A DNA stretch of 64,000 nucleotides from Acidobacteriota bacterium. Its GTDB lineage: Bacteria > Acidobacteriota > CAIWXX01. A model generated the notes under the pieces. It was not told the origin of the DNA and searched no databases. It saw only the letters and a program-made list of their open reading frames with translations. A program made the position numbers and the translations under genes. Location of the stretch: the NCBI GenBank assembly GCA_040755995.1, contig JBFMAF010000035.1, positions 160,001 through 224,000 on the forward strand. The letters are read 5' to 3'. This document shows, one piece after another, positions 57,801-64,000 of this stretch. Position 1 is the first letter of the stretch. Each line of letters begins with the position of its first letter.

Positions 57801-58505
57801 GAGTAGACGGCACCTGCCCTGTCCGTCGCGCGGGACGGAACTGGTCGATCGCCTGGATCTCGGCCCCATGCCGCGCTCCTCACCTCCTCCCTCTACGGCT
57901 GCGCCATGCAGATATTCGGTCACGAGCGCGGAGTGCTAGCTGCCGATGCCCGCCAGATCCTGTTCGAAGATCCCGAAGCCACGCTCGTCAGCAAGGACAA
58001 CTGCCGGCCCAAGTCACCTCCGCGGCCCTATGATTCGACAATGACTTGCTCGCTCGCGCCCAGCCAACAACTTCCCGAGCCCCATCGGGTATGTGCGCAT
58101 GTACCCGACGGGGCTCGGGTTCGTTCTGGCGGTGACCTCTTACTACGTTCGTGGTATTCCTCTGGTAGAGGCCAAGAAGCAGAGTCTCATATCCTGGCGT
58201 CCATCGGGTCCGATGCGGCCCGTCCCGCCTGCGGCGTCAGCGATAGGTGAAAGTCCAGAGTGTCGTCGATGTGACGCTGCTCGTGACCTCCACATCGGCA
58301 GTGCCAGTGCCGGCAGGGCTGCGGGGCGCGGCCCCGGGTCACGGCTGGCCAAGCTGCCGGCTTCGACGTCCGCCACGTCCGCCGGGTCCTTCAAGCCGGG
58401 AGAAGACGTCCTGATCGAGCCGGGTCCCTGATCCGATGGGATTCTTGCCGTGCTGCGGCGGGGCGGGGTCCCGACGCGGAAGGTGCCCAGACATGTGGGA
58501 CGCGT

Positions 58506-58905
58506 TCACTCATCCCCTTTCTTGTAGCCCGCCAGCTTCCTCCAGAGTGTGGTCCTCGGGACGCCCAGGATCTGCGCCGTCAGGCCCTTGTTGTATCCGG
58601 TCTTCTCCAACACACGAATGATGTGTCGCTTCTCCGTCTCCACCAGCGTCGAACCCCTCCCTCCTTCGACCGTGTCGAACTCGAGCTGTTGGAGGTCATC
58701 CGGCAGGTCCTGCTGGCGGATCTGCTCGGCATCGGTCAGCGCCACGGCGTGCTGGATGATGTTCTCCAACTCCCGGATGTTCCCCGGGAAGTGGCATACG
58801 CTCAGGATCCGAAAGACCCGATCCGCGACCGAGTCCGATGCCTTGTCATTGAATCGTGGGAACACCTTACGGACGATGGCGAGGAGGTCCCCGACGAGGT
58901 GATTC
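58506..58905 (-). pseudogene. C-terminal fragment of a sigma-54 activator
   Basis: HFPGNIRELENIIQHAVAL and a Fis-type HTH (NKGLTAQILGVPRTTLWRKL); AAA+ core absent. Confidence 0.8.
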
Positions 58906-59273
58906 AGCGAACACTCGAGTGGCGTGCCAGCGGCGATCAATATGTGGTCGATACTGCAGCGCTGGCGCTCACTGGGTACGGAATCCCAGGGCACCAGGAC
59001 CGTGCGATCGAGGCCTTGCGGCGCTGTCCCGCACTGCCGGCTGTCGTCGAACGAACGACCAAGCAGGCTGACACATGTGAATACCACGAAATGTACTTCC
59101 TGCAAATCAACGACCACCTCGTGTAACAGCTCCGACAAATGCTCCTGGCCGAGAAGGACCTCGCCCGTATACTCGAGGAGAACCACTCAGAGGAGGCGAG
59201 GCGAGCGCTGGAGGAGTTGAGGGTCGCACATCGGAACCCCGACATCCGCCAGGCACTCCAGAAGAACAGGTGA
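58850..59273 (+). pseudogene. Possible relic of a helical (HEAT-like) protein with an in-frame stop
   Basis: The frame reads ...AIEALRRC...QINDHLV*(59124-59126)QLRQMLLAEKDLARILEE...DIRQALQKNR*. Confidence 0.3.
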
Positions 59274-59284
59274 GGGAGTCTTGC

Positions 59285-59890
59285 CTATCGCAGGCCGTCC
59301 TCCCGCGGACTTGAGCACTCTTTTAAGCCGGCCAGCTCTCGGTACCGGAAGCAGTCGGTGGTGTGGTCGTTCACCATGCCCGTTGCCTGCATGTGCGCGT
59401 AGCAGATGGTAGGGCCAACGAAACGAAAGCCGCGGCGCATGAGGTCCTTGCTCAGGGCCCGCGACTCCTGCGTCTCCGAGGGGATCTCAGCGAGCGTCTT
59501 CCACGCGTTGATCTTCGGCCTGCCACCCACAAATTGCCAGACATATGCATCGAAGCTGCCGAATTCCTCCTGAACCTTGAGGAAGCACTTCGCATTTCCA
59601 ATCGCAGCCGCGATCTTTCCCCGGTTCCGTATGATGCCGGCGTCTCCCAGCAGTTTCGCGACCTTTGCCTGGCCGTACCGGGCGACCTTGCACGGGTCGA
59701 AGTTGTCGAACGCGCGCCTGTAGGTTTCGCGCCTCCTGAGGATAGTTGCCCAACTCAGTCCAGCCTGTGCTCCTTCCAGCACCAGGAACTCGAACAAGAG
59801 GCGGTCGTCGTGGACCGGCACGCCCCATTCGGTGTCGTGGTAGGCGATGTACATTGGATCGGACGTGCCCCATGCGCACCGTACGAGCAT
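59285..59890 (-). CDS. tag: DNA-3-methyladenine glycosylase I
   Basis: RCAW, YHDTEWG, LEGAQAGLSW, IIRNRGKI, GFRFVGPTICYAHMQATGMVNDH...C. Confidence 0.97.
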   Translation of the reverse strand: MLVRCAWGTSDPMYIAYHDTEWGVPVHDDRLLFEFLVLEGAQAGLSWATILRRRETYRRAFDNFDPCKVARYGQAKVAKLLGDAGIIRNRGKIAAAIGNAKCFLKVQEEFGSFDAYVWQFVGGRPKINAWKTLAEIPSETQESRALSKDLMRRGFRFVGPTICYAHMQATGMVNDHTTDCFRYRELAGLKECSSPREDGLR

Positions 59891-59985
59891 GCTACCTCCT
59901 CTCGGAATCCCCGGGCATGCTAGCGGCCGCCTTGGAAGCTTGTCAACCTCAGGCGGTGGGAAGTGGGAGTGGAGGCGTTCTCGAA

Positions 59986-60057
59986 GGGCCCGTCAGCGCG
60001 CCGGCGAGAGGGCGCGCGACGCGCACCCCTACATCTCGGGGTGTCGCTTACGGGCTC
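59986..60057. repeat. GTAG-type REP-like palindrome (60010-60032, minus strand) nested in a 13-bp imperfect inverted repeat
   Basis: Reverse complement GTAGGGGTGCGCGTCGCGCGCCC; flanks GGGCCCGTCAGCG / CGCTTACGGGCTC. Confidence 0.6.
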
Positions 60058-60131
60058 GGTGGTGTGGCCGTGACTGCGAACGCTCGGCCGGCGGGCATCG
60101 GGAGACGGGCGATCCTTGCTGGCGCCAGCTT

Positions 60132-61673
60132 TTAGTGCGCGAAAACTTCGCCGAAATTGTCACCGGGTTCGGCCGCGCCCAGTATCTCGTGGATCGTCCG
60201 GGGATAGTTACCCTCGAAGAAATCCAGCAGAGCAGTCCATTGGATGATCGGTGTCTCCGACATGGGGTCCGGATGTTCGACGATCGCAATATTTCTAACG
60301 ACGGCGACGGCGCCCGCGTCGGTGACTTGCAATAGATTGTGCTTGTACGGGATGTCATAGAACGGCACGCCCACTGCCAGGTCGAAGACGCCTCGTCCCT
60401 CGAAGTCGTCCGTCGCCAGCGCACAGCCCGGCCTGGCCGTTGGAAACTGCCAATCATCACTCAGATTGAGCCCCGGCAGCAGATACTCCACGATCTCTTT
60501 CGGTGTATCTTGAAGCCCGTCCGAGCTGCCGGAGTACACCTGCACGCCGCTCAGGTACCAGTGCTGGAACCTCAATACAAGGTCGTCCGCCCCGTTATTG
60601 TCGAAATCCGCGCCGGCGATATCCGGCATCGGCGCATAGAATTCCTGCGTGCTCTCCGAGATCAGTCCATCGGTCCTGCCGTAGATGACGTGGACGCTGC
60701 CGTCGCCCGGGGCTCCCACCACCAGTTCGTCGCAGCCGTCCCCATCGAAGTCTCCGCTTCCCAGGACACTGCCGTACCGGTCCCCTGCACTGGCCGTGTT
60801 TCCCGCCCCGTCCGTGATCTGGGTCCAGACCTGGTTACCATCTCCAACGAGACCTGTGCCGGATCTGCCGAAAATCACGCTGACTGCGCCGAACGCCACC
60901 CAGTCGACGCCCTCTTCACCGGGGGCTCCCACCGCGAGATCGGCTGTCCCATCGCCGTTGAAGTCGCCGGTGGCGAGCGCAGACCCGAATTGATCACGGT
61001 ACTCGCTTGTCTCACGAAGCCCGTTCACACCTTGCTGCCACAGTTCAATTCTCGTCATCCCGCGACGCGACCCGTACCAGGCAACCACGACACCTCGTCC
61101 GGAGCCGACGGCGTTCTCGGGCCATCTGATCGCATCGGGTGCGCCCACGGCGATGTCTTCGAAGCCGTCTGAGTCGAAATCCCCCGCGGCGAGGGCCGCC
61201 CCGAAGAGGCTGCCTGTGCGCAGCGAGTTGAACCAGTAGAGAAAGCTGCACCGCGATCCGGAGAGACCCCTTCGGCCGCCGTAGAATATCACCAGGTCCC
61301 CGGCGTCCCGCTGTCGAGGTTGGTCGAAATACGGCGCGCCGACCGCCAGGTCCGTGAAACCGTCGCCGTTGAAGTCGCCGGCCGCGAGTGCCTTGCCGAA
61401 CTGCGCCCCCTTCTGCGCAATCCCAGCTACGCCCCTGGTGTTATGGGTGAAGAACACATTGCCGTGTGCGGACAGGCCATCCGCCGAACCGTAGATGACG
61501 TTGACGGCTCCCGCGTCTGTTGCCCTTCCCTCGTCCTCGTGGGGAACCCCCACAGCGAGATCGGCGTAGCCGTCGCCGTTGAAATCGATGCGGGGCGCGG
61601 CTCCCAGCTGACCTGCCACACAAAGGGCGATGGCCGCGAGTATCACGCTTCCTTTCCTACGCGACTTGTCCAT
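60132..61673 (-). CDS. Secreted FG-GAP (integrin-alpha-like) beta-propeller protein
   Basis: Signal peptide; about 7 repeats of FG.AL..GDFNGDG..DLAVGAP. Confidence 0.9.
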   Translation of the reverse strand: MDKSRRKGSVILAAIALCVAGQLGAAPRIDFNGDGYADLAVGVPHEDEGRATDAGAVNVIYGSADGLSAHGNVFFTHNTRGVAGIAQKGAQFGKALAAGDFNGDGFTDLAVGAPYFDQPRQRDAGDLVIFYGGRRGLSGSRCSFLYWFNSLRTGSLFGAALAAGDFDSDGFEDIAVGAPDAIRWPENAVGSGRGVVVAWYGSRRGMTRIELWQQGVNGLRETSEYRDQFGSALATGDFNGDGTADLAVGAPGEEGVDWVAFGAVSVIFGRSGTGLVGDGNQVWTQITDGAGNTASAGDRYGSVLGSGDFDGDGCDELVVGAPGDGSVHVIYGRTDGLISESTQEFYAPMPDIAGADFDNNGADDLVLRFQHWYLSGVQVYSGSSDGLQDTPKEIVEYLLPGLNLSDDWQFPTARPGCALATDDFEGRGVFDLAVGVPFYDIPYKHNLLQVTDAGAVAVVRNIAIVEHPDPMSETPIIQWTALLDFFEGNYPRTIHEILGAAEPGDNFGEVFAH

Positions 61674-61753
61674 TCGCTTCCGTCCTTTCTCACCCTGTCA
61701 GACCGCTGGGCTGCGGGAACGTACTAGGCATGGGGGAGCGGGACGCCAATCAT

Positions 61754-61769
61754 TGTGATCCCCGTCACC
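61754..61769. promoter_or_regulatory. CRP/FNR-family-like binding site
   Basis: TGTGA-TCCCCG-TCACC (9/10 match to TGTGA-N6-TCACA) between divergent genes. Confidence 0.4.
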
Positions 61770-62015
61770 CGGCGAAGTGCCTTGGCGATGCTCCTGCCAG
61801 TTAGCAAAAGCTGACGCAGGCGCGGGGCGGGAGCAGAGAAAGCTAACGTGGGAAGGGCCGGAGCGGGGAGCAGCTGCAGATGGCAGGCGCGGGCGACTGC
61901 CTGATCTGGCCTACGCTTCCGTCTGCGTCACGGTGCGGACGAGATGGTTGCTCGGTCCGGGCACATTTCTTGCTCCGGACTTGGTAGGCTAGACGCGGGA
62001 ACAAAGAGGTTGCGC

Positions 62016-62672
62016 ATGAGAACTCAGGTCTCATTCGTGATGGCGCTTCTGTTGAGCAGCGCGTTGGCAACCGCCAGCACGGCGGGCTGGATGAGCCAGC
62101 AGATCGTTGTGAGCGAGGGGGGTCTGGCCATCATCCTCACTCAGACCTGCGATTTCAAGGACCCGGACCAGACGACGATCCACCATTCGGCCAGGTGCAT
62201 CGACCTGATGGGCGGCGTCGTCTGGGAGAAGAAGCTCGAGGATCTGAACGACTATTCAGTCTACTCCGCCCATATCGACGGGAACCAGCTCGTGATTGCC
62301 TCCGGGTCCGGGGTCGTATGGCCCACGCTCAGCCGTGACGATCGGGATCCCAATACGGATTTCAAGGTCGTCGGCCTGAACAGTCTAACGGGGGAGCCCC
62401 TTAGGTCTGTGACTATTCAGGGGTATCTCATTGATGCGAAACCGAGCTCGATAGGGGTGGAATACGTTCAGTACGGCGAGATGAAATCCGACAAGACGTT
62501 ATACCATCTTGCGGCAATCCTTCGGACAGGCGAAGTCCTCTGGGATATGGTGACCGGTGAGCAAGGCTTGGGCGCGCCGCCGGGGAGGCGCGGAGCAGCC
62601 GCCCTTGGTTCGGACGCTCGGCCGGGGACTCAATCGAACTCCGATAGCGGTCCCACATCCGGATCGAGGTAG
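62016..62672 (+). CDS. Secreted hypothetical protein (PQQ-like beta strands)
   Basis: AGAGG RBS, signal peptide, GGVVWEK, LNSLTGE, TGEVLW motifs. Confidence 0.65.
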   Translation: MRTQVSFVMALLLSSALATASTAGWMSQQIVVSEGGLAIILTQTCDFKDPDQTTIHHSARCIDLMGGVVWEKKLEDLNDYSVYSAHIDGNQLVIASGSGVVWPTLSRDDRDPNTDFKVVGLNSLTGEPLRSVTIQGYLIDAKPSSIGVEYVQYGEMKSDKTLYHLAAILRTGEVLWDMVTGEQGLGAPPGRRGAAALGSDARPGTQSNSDSGPTSGSR

Positions 62673-62681
62673 GCCGCAGCG

Positions 62682-64000
62682 ATGGTGAGTCCACCGCCCC
62701 GCCTCCTATGGGCACTCGCTGCCCTTTGCGCGTGCCTGCCGGCGGCCGGAGCCGAGCCTGACGTTGTGGGGTTCCCGAGCAACGTGTGCGCTGTCCGCGT
62801 GGTCGGCGACTATGCTTACTGTGCTGCCGACCCTGGCCTTCTGATCTACGATCTGTCGACACCGGCGAGACCGCGGCTGTGCTCGCAGCTTCTGCTGGGC
62901 GACAGCGGCAGTTTCAGAATCGCGGTCTCCGGCGACCACGTGTATGTTCTTGCCGGGGCCGTCTATCTCGAGCGGTCGTACATCCACGTGATCGACATAC
63001 AGGATCCGAACAGACCGCGGAGGGTGTCGACTTACTCGGACTTGGGGCCCGCGCACCCCCGCGACATCGCTGCCGGCGCAACACATCTGTTCGTTGCGAA
63101 TGCCAATCACGTAGATGTCCTCGACGCGACGAGACCGGAGAATCTCGTCAGGTTGTATCGAGTCGACGTCACCGATCGCCCGCTTGCCGTCACCTCACTG
63201 GTGCTTCGCGGCACCATGTTGTTCGCGAGCTGGACAGGGATCGCCGAGGGCGGCGTGGTGTCACTGGATGTCGCGCGCCCAGGCGGGCCGCTGCGCGTCG
63301 GGGAATTCGCGACCGACGGCGCGGTTGACATGATGGTCGGGCAAACGGACACGCTATATCTCGGCTCTTCTCCGCAAGGGCTCTCGATTCTGGACGCCGG
63401 CGATCCGAAGAGCATCACCCTAGTCAAGAGGATCTCGTACGGAAACCGAATCGTGCAGGCGCTCTTCGCAGGCGATGGGTATCTGTTCGTCGAAGCGGCT
63501 GATCTGGCCAACGCCGTGAAGACGCTCTGTGTCTACGACGTCAAGTCTTCTCAGTCCCCGATCGTCCTGGGGCGTTCCCGATGTTCGGGCAGCGTTCGAG
63601 GCATGGATTTCGACAGCGCACGGTTGAGGGCAATCATGCCGTGGTACACCGTCTCGGGCAATGGGCTGGCGGTGGCGGAGCTGGGCGAGGACGGATCGCT
63701 CCAGCCGATAGGCCAGACGCTCGAGCCTTCGATCGCGGACGTGGTGATATCGAATGGGACAACCTTCCTTGCAGCTTCGAACTCGTTGGTTGCCGCCAGG
63801 GTCGATCCGGCCGGGAATGTGGATGTGCTGGGAAGCCTCACGTTCTCCCAAGGAGCTGTTCGAATCAAGATTGTCGGCAGCAGTGCCTACGTGACGACCC
63901 ACCGCGGGGAGCAACCCCTGCGGCCGCAACTCCAGATCGTTGACATCGCCGATCCAGGCCGCATGCGCCTCCTGAGATCTGTGCCGCTCGACTCACTGGC
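62682..64000 (+). CDS. Secreted LVIVD-repeat beta-propeller protein (runs off the window end)
   Basis: Not in the ORF track because it has no stop in the window: MVSPPPRLLWALAALCACLPA..., VVGDYAYCA..GLLIYDLSTPARP, VSGDHVYV..IHVIDIQDPNRP, LQIVDIADP. Confidence 0.85.
   Translation, partial: MVSPPPRLLWALAALCACLPAAGAEPDVVGFPSNVCAVRVVGDYAYCAADPGLLIYDLSTPARPRLCSQLLLGDSGSFRIAVSGDHVYVLAGAVYLERSYIHVIDIQDPNRPRRVSTYSDLGPAHPRDIAAGATHLFVANANHVDVLDATRPENLVRLYRVDVTDRPLAVTSLVLRGTMLFASWTGIAEGGVVSLDVARPGGPLRVGEFATDGAVDMMVGQTDTLYLGSSPQGLSILDAGDPKSITLVKRISYGNRIVQALFAGDGYLFVEAADLANAVKTLCVYDVKSSQSPIVLGRSRCSGSVRGMDFDSARLRAIMPWYTVSGNGLAVAELGEDGSLQPIGQTLEPSIADVVISNGTTFLAASNSLVAARVDPAGNVDVLGSLTFSQGAVRIKIVGSSAYVTTHRGEQPLRPQLQIVDIADPGRMRLLRSVPLDSL

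Noticed and set aside
61780..61800. Possible sigma-54 promoter (GG-N10-GC on both strands)
   Set aside because: The -12 element is poor and such matches are common in GC-rich DNA.

Overview
High-GC (roughly two-thirds GC) chromosomal segment. Gene content suggests an Acidobacteriota-type bacterium, which is an inference. Recognisable housekeeping genes are smc, queG, ppx-ppk1, pruA and tag. The window also carries a Ser/Thr kinase, HtrA and site-2 proteases, a BlaI/BlaR(M56)-led heavy-metal RND operon, a second MFP + two-RND operon, an orphan beta-propeller histidine kinase, toxin-antitoxin modules, FG-GAP and LVIVD propeller proteins, and many gene relics. I found no rRNA, tRNA, CRISPR array or transposase. 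The most interesting signals are: (1) a sigma-54 circuit at 40110-48361 (secreted protein + permease-less family-5 solute-binding protein + histidine kinase + NtrC-type activator) beside a near-consensus -24/-12 promoter that drives an unannotated 52-aa membrane peptide and an SPFH protein; (2) a promoter-led, rod-shaped 5' leader RNA at 56961-57118 with an alternative hairpin covering the RBS/start codon; (3) an attenuator-like set of mutually exclusive inverted repeats upstream of ppx-ppk1; (4) a perfect sigma-54 promoter driving an unknown 147-aa protein with an internal duplication; (5) a BlaR-like protease with a Cys/His cluster and no beta-lactam sensor, heading a metal-efflux operon.
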